From contig CP075493.1 in NCBI GenBank assembly GCA_021613535.1, forward strand, positions 17,112,001 through 17,176,000: a stretch of 64,000 bases of DNA, read 5' to 3'. This document shows positions 37,656 through 50,896 of this stretch, in pieces. The notes beneath the pieces are model-generated. The model saw only the letters and a program-made list of their open reading frames with translations, was not told where the DNA came from and did no database searches. This DNA is from Adineta vaga (Eukaryota; Animalia; Rotifera). The translations under genes and the position numbers were made by a program. How positions within the stretch are numbered: position 1 is the stretch's first letter; every line of letters starts with the position of its first letter.

Positions 37656-38561
37656 ATGAATCGCCCGATTCATTACAACGCCTATCAAAATGATAATGAG
37701 TATCGTTTACTTGGTACACAACCCAAACTTGCACACGTAAGTCAGTTTTTTCTGAATACTATGATTCTTCGGAATGATAGAAAAAAATAGAAAGAAAAAG
37801 TATCAAAAAAGTTCGAGATGATGATCAACATGTGATATTGAACTTGAAGAATATTTGTATTTGAAAATATTCTCGCCATCACCATAACTAATTGTATTAT
37901 CTTTGTTTTCGATATTTATCCCTTTCTACGGGGTCAATCACACCGAAGAATTTAGGAGTTGATTTATCGTCAACTAAAGAATTTGATCGGTGAATTATTG
38001 GTTATACAATTTAAAGTCATCTATTTTAATCGATTTATCTGATAATTCACCAATCAAGTTTTTTAGTTAACGATAAATCAACTCGTCAATTATCCGGTGT
38101 GATTGACCCCTATGTCTTTCTGATTTTTCTTGCCCATTGGTTCGTTCATCACTTTACTTAATTCTTCCCATGAAATTAGACCATTTTTCTTTTGAAATTG
38201 ACGGACGAACGTTCACTTGATACGCATATATATATATATATATATATATGTGGAAAAAATAAACGAATATTTATAGACTGTAAATTTGCTTATGAAAATA
38301 ATGGCACGTGATGTATGTTGTGTTATTATTTTTTCACGATAATATCATCTATGATAATATTTATGTTTGTTTTTTTAGAAAAACCGATTAGCATTTGACT
38401 TGGCTATGAAATACTATCATCTTGATCGATTAGTTCAACAAACACCACACCACCTGATGACTCCACAACAACTTCAATCGTTTAGTACACTTAATGCAGA
38501 AATTAGTGCATTAAAAGCTGAACTTTATCACTTAATGCATATGGACCATGATGTTGTTTAA
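37656..38561 (+). CDS. Two-exon 87-aa hypothetical protein absent from the ORF track
   Basis: Exon 37656-37736 followed by GTAAGT; polypyrimidine acceptor; exon 38379-38561 open in frame. Confidence 0.6.
37929..38110. mobile_element. Hairpin MITE in an intron
   Basis: GGGGTCAATCACACCG...CGGTGTGATTGACCCC; whole element is an imperfect palindrome; TA flanks. Confidence 0.8.
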
Positions 38562-39291
38562 ATTGATATTTATCTATTGAAAAACTTTTTTGTGCTCTTC
38601 TCTTTTTTGGTTATGAAAAACATTTTTTTGTATTCGTCACTTTTTCTTTGGGAATGAAAAAAAAAGATCATTAGTTATTAGTTCAAAAATATCTCACTTA
38701 GAGCCAAAAAGATAATCTATTCCAATGCAATGTAATTTTGATAACTACGAATCAAATACTTACAAAGATTAAGAATCTAATAATGATGTGAAAATGTCAC
38801 ATGAATTAACGATTGAATCTTCGATATAGAATTACTTTCAATTTTATAAATAATTAATATTATTCGATACGTTTTTTTATAATAAACTTTCAAAATTAAG
38901 ATTTCTACCTTTTGTTATCAGAGGTTTTCGATGACAAAAAATCTGGAAATGATCGTTTTTGGACAAATTTTGAAGAAAAAACGAATATATTGAAATATGA
39001 AAAGATCACAAAAGAATATCCAAGATTTTCTTATATTCTGTCTCGGAAAAAAAACTTCATTTTTCATTTGATTAAAATAACTTAAATTAATTATTCGAGA
39101 CTATGGTTGTTGTTTGTTAAAAAACTTCTATTTGTTATTGTGATATTCATGTCATTTGTATTAGAGAGTTCAATATAATTTTTTATTAAATATAGAAAGA
39201 AGATGTTTTGCGAGATTAAAAAAGATGTGATTTATTCTATTAAACTAAAACAACATTTATTTTAAAAGTTAAGAATATTTTTTTAATAAAT

Positions 39292-40416
39292 TTAAAGTCC
39301 AAAATGATTTTTATATTCATTCGAATTTGTTACATAATCAACAAATTTATCTCTTGGAACTCGTCCAGTTCCATCATCAAGGTTCTTCCAATGTTGTTCC
39401 CATGTTGTTGTTGTTGTTGATGGATTTGTTGATGCTTTATTCCAATTTGCCAAACTAAAATAAAATTCTCTAAATCAGATCTTTTGTTTTTCTTGACTAA
39501 AAGCTTACGTTTGATAATTATTAAGACGATTAAAAACTTGTTGACCATGTTCACGTGAAATATAACCTTAAATAAAAGATTTTCGTTTTAATAACAAAAG
39601 GATTTAAAAGTGAACCTGGTGTTGGATCATCATATTGATCTAAAATGTAATTAAATTTTTCTTTTCTTGTTGTACCATTTGGATTTGTTCCACCATAATG
39701 ATTTAACATTAAATAAATTTCTGCAAATTCTTCAAAAGTAAGTTTTCCTTTACAAACAAAAAAGTTTTTTTTTAAATAATTCTAAATAAATTTTATTTTT
39801 TAACCTGAACCATCAAAATCATAAGTTTCAAAAACATGATCAGACATTTTATCTAAATCATGATCGGATAAAAATGGTGCAATATTATTTCCTGATTGTG
39901 AACCTAAATACATTTCTTTATATAATCGTCGAAATTCTCTTTTATCCATTTTATTATGTCGATCTGTCACAGTTTGAAAATCTTTATAAATTTTTTCAGC
40001 AGTTGCTAATGGAACACCTAAAAAGATAATTATTTAGATTTAATTACAGATGAACCCAGGTGATTCGATCCGACAGTCGGATTCCGGCGAAAAAACTATC
40101 GGATCTGATAAGATCCGATGGATATTTCACCGGAAGTTGTCGGAAGTTACCGGAATCTTGGCAACAGGATTCCGACAAAAGCGGCATCGGATGGCGGAAT
40201 AACTAGGATCCCGTCGAAACCTCTGGGAATCTGGCATTTTCCGACATCCGAAACCGCATGTCGGAATCCTGTGGCAAAGATTCCGACAAATTCCGGCGAA
40301 TTCCCGTCGGATCCGATAGAGCGAGTTCGACCTGGGAATATAATACATACCAGTCATATTACTGTATTGAATTAAATGCCATTCAGTAAAGATTTTTTTG
40401 AACTTCCACCACCCAT
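39292..40416 (-). CDS. N-myristoylated EF-hand protein, neuronal calcium sensor-like, five exons
   Basis: MGGGSSKK start; spliced HVFETYDFDGSG-KLTFEEF EF-hand; one-nt frameshift beside an A7 run in exon 1. Confidence 0.75.
40055..40336. mobile_element. GC-rich CACTA-like MITE in intron 1 of the EF-hand gene
   Basis: CCCAGG...CCTGGG termini, AA duplication, TCCGA/TCGGA repeats. Confidence 0.75.
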
Positions 40417-40794
40417 TTTAATAAATACGAAGAAGATGTAGTGTTGTTTGAGGTATCCGAGAAGAAAAAAAGTGACAACGATGAACTCCGCTGTTGTTCA
40501 TTATAGAATCACTTTTTTTTCATTGGTTTAGATTTTATCGAGAAGATTTTCTCTTTTTCTGGAACATTCTTCTTTTTTTTCCTTTTCATAGATACACCAA
40601 AGAGTAAGGAAAGAAAAAAGTCAGTTTTTAATATAAAAATAGAAGAATTATACTCGTTGTTATATATAATTATTCTTTTAAACTAAAGGAACTTAATTTT
40701 ATAATACAAAAGAAAAACTTTAAGTTTAATTTGATATATAAATCAAAATAAATAAATAAATAAATAAAATGATAAGAATAATGACGTAAATGTA

Positions 40795-42629
40795 TATGGG
40801 TATTACCATGGGGTCTCAACCACTTTATACACAAGTATCTCCAAATCGATTGAAACTTTCAGCATCTGTAGTCCATATATAGATATGAAAATATATGGAG
40901 TTAGTTTTATAAATTTCATTAAGCTTCTCGAGTAGTGCGATCATCGTTTTTATGCGCATTTTAACCTAATATAGGAAAGAGGTGATGTTTTCGGGGTCCG
41001 TATTGCCCAGAGTTTTTTTTAAATATACAAGTAAAGTACCAACAACCTTATATATTCTGAAAGCCCATGAGCTGGGCTAAATTTTGGTAATAAATTATAG
41101 GAGTCTTTCGAAAATTTTTCTTATATAGTGCTCCCAAATATGCTAAACAACCACCTGTATTATAGTGTATATATTTGTAACGAAAAATCTAACAGAAAAA
41201 AGTCATTCCCAAGCAAGGCCATATAGAGGGTTTTGTAGAGAATCAAATTCTCTACAAGATGCATGGTATAAGAGCCTTCGCTTTTCTAAATCGAAGGAAT
41301 AATTCTAGAAATCCTGAGATTCTGGCATTTTTAGGGCTTGATAGAAGGCAATTTCGATACCCATTCCATCAAAATTTTGTTGCATATTTCCAGTGATGTG
41401 GCACGGTTTGTAGAGCTTTTAATTCTGAACATTTTGATATAAAATTATTGTCAGTTACTTTTGTTTTCATCGAGATATGTTGAAAATACTTGTAGCGCCA
41501 GAAAGACACTACTTTTTCTATATGATTTTCCTCTGAAATTGCACTGATATGCGGTTTTTCACTATTTACTACACTAAAAAAGGTCAAAAACCCTAACCAA
41601 AGACTATCATTTGATACCTCGAGAAAAGGCGCATCAAAACAAGCTAAATCTATCTTATTTTAACGTTGAAATCTGCTTTTTATTGTATCATTAACCATTT
41701 TTGAATACCATTTATACTGCAATTTTTCAGTGATATCAGCTATTTTTTTGCCGATTGGTAGAAAATTAAGTCAGACTTTGTCCACTTCGATGTGGTTTTT
41801 CTCGAGGTAGCAAATGATAGTCTTTGGTTAGGGTTTTTGACCTTTTTTAGTGTAGTAAATAGTGAAAAACCGCATATCAGTGCAATTTCAGAGGAAAATC
41901 ATATAGAAAAAGTAGTATCTTTCTGGCGCTACAAGTATTTTCAACATATCTCGATGAAAACAAAAGTAACTGACAATAATTTTATATCAAAATGTTCAGA
42001 ATTAAAAGCTCTACAAACCGTGCCACATCACTGGAAATATGCAACAAAATTTTGATGGAATGGGTATCGAAATTGCCTTCTATCAAGCCCTAAAAATGCC
42101 AGAATCTCAGGATTTCTAGAATTATTCCTTCGATTTAGAAAAGCGAAGGCTCTTATACCATGCATCTTGTAGAGAATTTGATTCTCTACAAAACCCTCTA
42201 TATGGCCTTGCTTGGGAATGACTTTTTTCTGTTAGATTTTTCGTTACAAATATATACACTATAATACAGGTGGTTGTTTAGCATATTTGGGAGCACTATA
42301 TAAGAAAAATTTTCGAAAGACTCCTATAATTTATTACCAAAATTTAGCCCAGCTCATGGGCTTTCAGAATATATAAGGTTGTTGGTACTTTACTTGTATA
42401 TTTAAAAAAAACTCTGGGCAATACGGACCCCGAAAAAATTACTCTTTTCCTCTGTGGGGTGTGTAGTCCATAGAATGTCATAGTAAATATGCATAGACTT
42501 ATTAAAGAAATTCGAGAAACTGATATGTCACATTTTCATACCTATATATGGCTTACAAACGCTGGAAGTTTCAGTCGATTTGGAGAAAGTCGATGTAAGC
42601 GTGGTTGAGACCCCATGGAAATACCCATA
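40795..42629. mobile_element. Foldback element 2
   Basis: TATGGGTATT...AATACCCATA termini with TA flanks; near-identical inner arms ~40988-41627 / ~41796-42435; diverged outer arms. Confidence 0.9.
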
Positions 42630-42769
42630 TAACGATAGCGTCATGAAGTAACAACCAGGACGCTAACACTATGAGGGTGTAAAACTTGAAGGATATTGGC
42701 AGCTCAAAAGTTAGTTTAAGTTTCTTTGTTGCGACTTTCCAATTTATTGTTCATGGAAAATTATCACTT

Positions 42770-44050
42770 TCATTTGGACATTCTTTTTGAATGACCTCGA
42801 AGTGAACAAGAACGTCCAAAATATCCTAATGGACAAATACATACTGGTCGATTATTTTCATTATAACGACAAATCGCATTGCTTGAACAAGCATTTTGAC
42901 ATTTTGAATGAAATTTCGTACAATTTTCTCCATAAAATCCACTTTTACATAGACAAATAAATGAATTTTTACGGTTGACTAAAGGTTGACAAATACTATT
43001 TAAATTACAATTATTATTTGAGCAAGAATTGACAAGATCTTCATTTGATAGTAAATACAATATTTTATTCAAACGAAATGATGGTAAATAATCAAAATAA
43101 ATTGGATAATTCCAAATTGCAATTGGTTTAATAATTGTTTATGTTAATTGAAATAATTTAAATCGAATACTAAAAGGTTGATGATTATTTATATCAGTAC
43201 GATTAAAATAACGTTGAAATCGATTCTTTAAAAACACATTTGATCTTGGATATGAAAACATAAATCGGTGTTTTTTCGGAAAATCTCTTTCAAATTTTGG
43301 ATAAACATAAAACAGGTTTGAATCAATAATTGAAGTTTGTTCATATAAAAAGAAAACGATAACACTTAAAACAATTTCATTCGTATTTGAAATCATAAAT
43401 GAAGAATTTGTTAAATCTAAATGTGTTAAAATTGTTAGTCGATCATTATAAAATTGACATTTATCACCATAATAAGTCGGTGAACATAAACAAACTAATT
43501 GTTTATAGTAATCTTTTAAAACTAATCCACGATTACAATAAAAAACATATTTTCTTTGTTCATCTAATTTTGATAACTTTTTCTCCGATATTCTTTCTAA
43601 TCGATTTCTTTGAATTGTCGTTCGTTTACTTCGACGATATTGATAAAAATAAAATCGTGGTCTTTCCATCTTATAATCACACCAATATTCATCTTCTCCA
43701 TTTGGACATTCAATTCTTTCATTACATTGTATACCACATGGTTTCGATTGATTGACTTGTCGAATTGAACATAAAAAATCATCTTCTCTATTCGGACAAT
43801 GATCAATACATAAACGATAATATGAAATACAAGTTTTCGTTAATGAACAATAAAAATTCCAACCAAGTTGAGAATTTTTTTCACATTCTTTCATAAAATT
43901 TCATTCATCAATTCCTCCAAGACAATCAATAATATTATTATTCATTTGATCATATTTAATACATGGACGCTCACTTGAATTTCTAATACATGGATATTCT
44001 TCACTTATATTACAATAATTTGAAAGTGGAATGGATTTTATATTTGAAAT
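42770..44050 (-). pseudogene. Fragment of an LDLa/EGF-repeat (probable 7TM receptor family) gene
   Basis: CPNGEDEYWC, YCNRG...CLCSPTYYGDKCQ, CLCKSGFYGENC; in-frame TAA at 43139-43141; truncated at both ends. Confidence 0.75.
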
Positions 44051-44051
44051 A

Positions 44052-47000
44052 GAGTCAGGTGGGGGAATTCGGATCAGTAGCTCAAAACTCGATTTTGTTT
44101 TCGTTTTTTCTCGTAGGTAATATTTGATTAAGGACGTGATTTTTTTATCATAAGTAGACTAAGTTCATCCCTATCTACTGGTGAAACAAGCAGGTCGATA
44201 TCATGTACCAAAAAAAAGTGTAGGCGAAAATGCCACAAATAACCGATTGCTGATCCAAATTACCCCAACTGGGGTAATTCGGATCAGTCAGCTAAACTAG
44301 TTGGGGTAATTCGGATCATTCTATCAAATATGACTGGAATTTGATAAAACTTTTCCCCCAACTCATAACTCATGTTTTAGCCATGTTTTCATCAAAAAAA
44401 ACTATACCAATCGATAGCCCGACATCGTTTCTATGGGACCTGAGAACAGTGGCGGAGCCAGGATTTTGGTCTAGGGGGGGGCTCTGCCCCCTAAATGTTT
44501 TTTGGACCATTGGACTTAATATTAAAGTTTCTTTTTTATTCTCCGATCGGTAAGAATAATTTAACAATTACTGGTAGCACATGATTTCTCTGCTCAAAGA
44601 ACTTATCTTTCGATGAACGAGGATCGTAATTCAATAAAGAAAACGAATTTGTCGCCGCAGGGGACGAAAAACTTTCGCATATTTTAGTTGCAACTGCTCA
44701 TATAAAACTTTATACAGTGCATAGTAGTCAAGAAAAATTTCTCTGAACATCGTAACTTTCACCGCCGAAGGCGGCCGAATTTTTTTTGTTACTACAGCTC
44801 GAACAGTTGCATGTCAAGACAGATTCTTTTAGACTTATTCACATTTCTGGTTCCTTTGTATAACCATTAAAGCGTCTTGTCAGCATATTACAACCTTTTA
44901 ATTAGTAGATATTGATTTTTCTAATACAAAGTCACAAAGATGATCATATATGAAGATCTATCGAGGCTAAAATGTTATCAGGAAAGATATTTTTTTCTTG
45001 AAACACTCTAAAACTGTATAAGACTTGCTACAAGCACTACAGTCTACTTTTATCCTGCTATTCATGCAATCATATTAGCTAGTTAAAATAAATACAGTGA
45101 CTTTTCGTTCAACTGCCGCTTGTTTTATTTTTATGTTTCGCACAGCTCTGACTTAGATCTGCACGTCTTGCGATTGAATTTTCTAATTCGAGTGCATGAG
45201 TAGATAGATTCGGAAAACGATGTACTTTTTAGTGAAAATTCTGCAGTTTTCATTCATGTTGCAAATAGGACGAATCTTTGATATTAGCTCTTAATTTCAG
45301 TTCAATTCTCACGATTATTTAAATAGAAATAGGGAAATATTTTAGAATATTTGATGCTAAAGATTGGTAAAACCAATCAATAATGGGTTTAAAGCGTACT
45401 TTATATCAGCTAAACCATTATTATTATTAGCAGGAAAAAAAATAATTTTTCAAAAATTTCGCTAGGGGGGCGGAACAGGTCGTAGGGGGGGCTGAGCCCC
45501 CTCTGCCCCCCCCCTGGCTCCACCACTGCCTGAGAATATCTCAGTGATCCAAAGATCTTTTCTTATTGTAATCTTTTCAACATTGAGACCACGTTTTGAC
45601 ACGAACAAAATTGAATGCACGAGTTTGGGGTAATTCGGATCAGTCCTATAAACTAGTCGGGGTAATTCGGATCAGTCAGCCAAACTAGTTGGGGTAATTC
45701 GGATCACTCTAGACATACTGACTAAAGGTAAAATACATAATTTTTCTCATTTTTTCATTGTTTTAGAATACATTATTGATTAGTATTAACCCAATAAAGG
45801 TTGGGTATCTAATTATACACATATCTACCATCTCGCAAAGAATAAACATCTATTATGCCTAATCAACTAAGCTTATCTTTCGTTCATGGTGATATAACCT
45901 ATTTTGCCGAAAGAAAATGAATATTAGATCCACGAATGAACAGAAGGGAATAAAAGACTAATTATTCTCTGATTTATCTCGTTCTTCTTTAGTTTTTTGT
46001 TCTCTACTAGACTGCATCTAAATAGGTCCTGATCTTTAATCAAGTTTGTCATAAGGCGTAAATTTAACGCATTCTTTATCGTCTATTGGCAAATAGTAAA
46101 GGAAAATTTAGGAAATACCACATAAATATAAAACAAAGAACGTTTTATATCAGTACAGAACAAATCACTTTATATCGACGCTTGAAGCAGTTCTGAATGA
46201 TTGTTCGATGTCTGAGACAACAGAAATATTTCATTTTTCCTACGCTACATTTGATTCTCACGAAAATAACGAGATTAAATATGATGAAATTGGTCGTACA
46301 CCGAAGTTTATAATAGAAATGAATTATCTTATAGAAAAGCTGCGCTTGATTTCGTTCAAAGTTGGAACGATATTTCCTACGAGTATTTCCAAAAGATTTT
46401 TTACAGCTAGAAGTTCGACGTTTTATTAAAAGTCGCAGAGTTTCTTAAGCCCTCTAAAGAGTTGGCTTCGTTTCTTCAGAGATGTAATTTGTTTTCAAGC
46501 GGAATAAAGACAACTTATTCTAAATCAATATTTGCCTCATAATAAACGATGTTGACTTATTACCTAATCGTCAACTTTGCTGATGAATTTCATTTTATTC
46601 TAGAGACTATCTATCTCTTTTTTTATTAGTTATTTTAAATGATAAGTCTATTAAAAGTATATTTCTACACGACTGTGTACTACTTCGCCAAACAAAACTT
46701 CATCGAAAGGATTTTTTACCCTCATCCTCAATATATTGAATAGATGCTCATGGTGTGACTGACAGAGATTCAGCCAGAATTTAATCTTCATTTATAATTA
46801 TTCTGCAACACTGATTCAGGTGAAAGAAAATCGTTCTAATCGTTTCACAAATTATAAGGCATTTTCTTCTGTTTCCTGAAAAATCAGTATGAACTTTGAC
46901 AACATTATCCTTTCACTTTCATTAGCGCTTTAGCCAAAATGCTATTCTAGCCATAGTTGTGTATCCATTTCATCATATCGTTTGATGATTTCTCATTGCC

Positions 47001-47787
47001 TTTATTTAAGAAAATTCATGAATATACTCTTTACATAAATACTAATATCGAATATTATAATATAAACATCACTTCTCTCATTCACAGGCATAAAGAGTAG
47101 ATTTGAGAACTTACAAATAAAGATTCGCTATTTCGGTAGAGATTGTTGTGTGAGAATTCTATGATAGATAAAAGAAAAACTCAGTTGATAGAGTCATAGT
47201 AGATATTTACTCTTCGCGAGATGGCAGATATGTGTGTAATGAGATACACAACCTTTATTGGATTAATACTAATCAATGATGTACTCTAAAAAAATTAAAA
47301 AATGAAGGAAATGATGTATTTTATCTTTAGTCAGTATGTCCAGACTGATCCGAATTACCCCAACTAGTTCAGCTGACTGATCCGAATTACCCCGACTAGT
47401 TTATAGGAGTGATCCGAATTACCCCAAATCCGTGCATTCAATTTTTTTCGTGTCAAAACGTGGTCTTAATGTTGAAAAAATTATAATAGGAAAATATCTT
47501 TGGATCACTAAGATATTCTCAGGTCCCATAGAAACGATGTCGGGCTATCGATTGGTATAATTTTTTTTGATGAAAACATGGCTAAAACATGAGTTATGAG
47601 TTGGGGGAAAAGTTTTATCAGATTCCAGTCATATTTGATAGAGTGATCCGAATTACCCCAACTAGTTTAGCTGACTGATCCGAATTACCCCAGTTGGGGT
47701 AATTTGGATCAGCAATCGGTTATTTGTGGCATTTTCGCCTATACTTTTTTTTGGTACATGATATCGACCTGCTAGTTTCACCAGTAG
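44052..47787. mobile_element. Long-TIR non-autonomous element with GGGGTAATTCGGATCA repeats; right end truncated
   Basis: Left arm ~44052-44446 + 45537-45860 mirrors ~47200-47787; the right arm stops at CACCAGTAG where (TGTGGG)n begins. Confidence 0.85.
44447..45528. mobile_element. hAT MITE nested in the left arm
   Basis: TIR CAGTGGCGGAGCCAGG / CCTGGCTCCACCACTG; 8-bp TSD CCTGAGAA; the empty site is visible in the right arm near 47516-47523. Confidence 0.95.
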
Positions 47788-48234
47788 GGTGGGTGTGGGT
47801 GTGGGTGTGGGTGTGTGTGTGTGGGTGGGTGGGTGTGTGGGTGTGGGTGTGGGTGGGTGTGGGTGTGGGTGTGGGTGTGGGTGTGGGTGTGGGTGTGGGT
47901 GTGTGTGGGTGTGGGTGTGGGTGTGGGTGTGTGTGTGGGTGTGGGTGTGGGTGTGGGTGTGTGTGGGTGTGGGTGGGTGTGTGTGAGGGTGTGGGTGTGG
48001 GTGTGTGTGTGTGTGTGGTGTGGGTGTGTGTGGGTGTGGGTGTGGGTGTGGGTGTGTGTGTGTGAGGGTGTGGGTGTGGGTGTGGGTGTGTGAGGGTGTG
48101 GGTGGGTGTGTGTGAGGGTGTGGGTGTGGGTGTGGGTGTGGGTGAGGTGTGGTTAGGTACTACATCTATCTAAAACCCACACCCACACCCACCCACACCC
48201 ACCCACACCCACACCCACACCCACACCCACACCC
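47788..48234. repeat. Telomeric-repeat hairpin C: ~365 bp (TGTGGG)n with TGAGGG variants, loop, ~60 bp (CCCACA)n
   Basis: Direct reading; loop GTACTACATCTATCTAA is shared with hairpin B. Confidence 0.95.
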
Positions 48235-48239
48235 AGCCA

Positions 48240-48605
48240 TCCTGCGAGATAATGTCATGCTCTTATTTAAGACGATATTATTGTATTAGAGGATTAGAAG
48301 AAAAGTGTACATCCAACTTTTCAACTTTATCACGTGTAACTTATATTGATACAAAACATGAACTTGCTGGTGAAGTGTATCTTGAATTGGGTGAATTATA
48401 CAGGCAAGAGGCACAGCGAGTTCTAGCTACTAACAATGATCGCATAGAAGCAAAGCGTCTTCTCGCCAAATCAAAACATTCTTATCAATTACTCGAGCAA
48501 AGTACCGAAAAAACTTTGGAACATTATGCAAGCATCTTGAGAAAGCAAGGTATGGAGTGCAAAAATGGTTCATCTTCGAATCAGTCCAAAGAAGATTGTA
48601 ATTAA
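48240..48605 (+). pseudogene. 3' fragment of a TPR-like helical protein gene
   Basis: HELAGEVYLELGELY...EAKRLLAKS; no upstream exons, begins at the CCCACA tract. Confidence 0.45.
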
Positions 48606-49460
48606 CAAACTAAATATATGACAAGAGTTTCGTGTAAACTCATTCACAATTGATGTTTTTCATATGAGCTAAGATTTTACTTATTTAATTCATTCACGCA
48701 TCTTTTCGTAAGGTTATTTCTTAACTTTTTCCTTTACCTTTCTAATTGAATCTAACCTATTCAAGTGCATTTTAGACCGAATCTGAATATTCGCAGCTCT
48801 TGTTTATTCAAATAATTCTTAATATTAATTTCTAAAACTAGATCTTTGAATCCAGTTACCAAAGTTTTGCTTCGTTTTTATAGGTAGAAAAAAATACCCT
48901 AAAAGGTTTTTTGTTTTTAACGGTAGTTTTACTATCCATATCTTTCGAAAATAGCCTATCGAATGTTTTTAATCTATATATTTCCTACAATTTCATAAGT
49001 TCTACCTCATTATATCAAAATAAGGAGACGAAAACATTACAACTTTCGAAATGCATTCGATTTCTCATCAATCCAGAAACCTCGAAATCGTGATTCATGC
49101 TCATAGCTTTACACTTTAATATTTGATGCTGGTTAGATAAATTCAAAAATAATATATTCAATCGTTATTGTTTTTGGAATCAAAGTGAACTTATGACGAA
49201 ATAGACAAGAAATAACTTTATGAACGCTACAACTAATCTATAGTAAAATAAACCTATGCGTACTTTTATTTTCTAATCAATTCTCTCTAACACGGATGTA
49301 CGAACATCGTTCATCTTTAAAAAAACGAATTATTTTTTTCTACATTGTAGTTCAGAAAACCTATTCCGCTTTTTTCTTTTGACTTATGTTCTAACCTTCT
49401 ACAACAAATAATTAGTTTCTTTCTCTATTTCAAAAAGAAAGTTTTTTGAAATAATATATA

Positions 49461-50192
49461 CAGTAAAGTGCAAAAGTTTTTGCCCTCAATGTTGCACATT
49501 CCTCTCTGCATGTATATGTCAGCTGTATTAATAAATTATACTCATAGACAGGGCTTAGTTCAAGCTTCAAAACTAGCAGAAAAATTATTCCATTAAATTT
49601 CTCTTTGAGTAGCCCACACCCAAATACCCAGTTTCTACCGACTTGATAAAATAATTTAGGATAATCCAGCTAGTTTTCTCACGCATCTCACGAGAAAATT
49701 TGCCGAAATTACACAGTTCTGATCGTTTTTCTTCTAAACACAAGGTTTTATGACGGATTAGACGATTTTTAGCGAATTAACATCAATTTCGTGGAATGTC
49801 AATTTGACGACTTTGTCCTTTTTTTAGGTTAATGTACTTTTTCATTCCTCTAAACCTCGTCGTTCGTCATCATTTTCAGTCATTTGAAGAAATATTTATA
49901 CAGTTCGGACGTAAAGCTTTCTGCATATAGTCTTTTTGACAAGATTTTCACGGTCAATCATATCAATACTGTAAATGAGATTTTTCGTCGATTTTTGATG
50001 AAGAGAGGTTTCATCTTGAATACTTTGTCTCTCTAGCCGAAGGCTATTTTCAATGATTTTTCTTGTAAATAGATACACTTTGATATGATCTTACTTTTGA
50101 TAAAGTTGTTTAAAAAAACCTAAGAAGACTGCTCGAGATCTGATTTCAGAAGGGTGGTCCATACAAGGGGCAAGGACTTTTGCACTCTACTG
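49461..50192. mobile_element. Tc1-like MITE
   Basis: TIR CAGTAAAGTGCAAAAGTTTTTGCCC / GGGCAAGGACTTTTGCACTCTACTG; TA TSD. Confidence 0.85.
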
Positions 50193-50896
50193 TATATGTA
50201 TATACCTAAGAGTGAGGGTATGAGTGTGGGATAAATACGAATAGGAATATTTCTTCTAGTTTTACAACTATAGTTATATCTACCTTTAACAAAAGGTTTG
50301 TCAAGAATGATTATTTTTAAAGTATTCGACACTTGTACAGGAAAGTTATATAACTTTTCTCAAGAAAAGGGAGACATTTCCTTATTCTTTGGCTACCATA
50401 ACTTTTGTGCGACAGAATATATGAGAAGACTCACCAATTGTTCTTAGTATTGCAACTTCAACTAAACTTGTAATGCTACCAAATATCAATACTACAAACT
50501 GTATCGGTAATACCTTATTAAGAATGAAATGCAAAAACTTCTTGATTTATCTATATTAGTTATTGTAATTTATTTTGTTGTTTCAGATTGTGTTGCACAC
50601 TATTCAGCCTTTTATCACATAATCCGACGTTTTCTTTTTCAAAATCGTAGTCAATTCGCTTTTTTATGGTAAGTTATATGAAGAATCCTTTCATACTAAA
50701 ATACGTTACAATATATTGAGGGTATGAGAAATTAGTGAACGTGATAACAAAATCTAAAGATAATTTGTGTATAGTAATTATATGTTTTCAACGAAAGTAA
50801 AACCTACACTTTATAAATACTAGATTCAAGTTATAGGTTCCTTAGAAAAATAATATTTATCTAATTTTATGATATATCAATCTATGTATTTCATAG

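Noticed and set aside
41369-42055. Identical ORFs on opposite strands, also 35688-36293
   Set aside because: By-products of foldback arms; no protein features.
45860-47200. Transposase inside the long-TIR element
   Set aside because: Only short ORFs without catalytic motifs.
44260-47710. GGGGTAATTCGGATCA repeats as a possible CRISPR array
   Set aside because: Spacers are short and repeated, copies are mirrored in TIR arms, and there are no cas genes.
47724-48093. Val/Gly/Trp/Cys-rich ORFs, also at 52313-52635 and 54-359
   Set aside because: They are translations of telomeric repeats.
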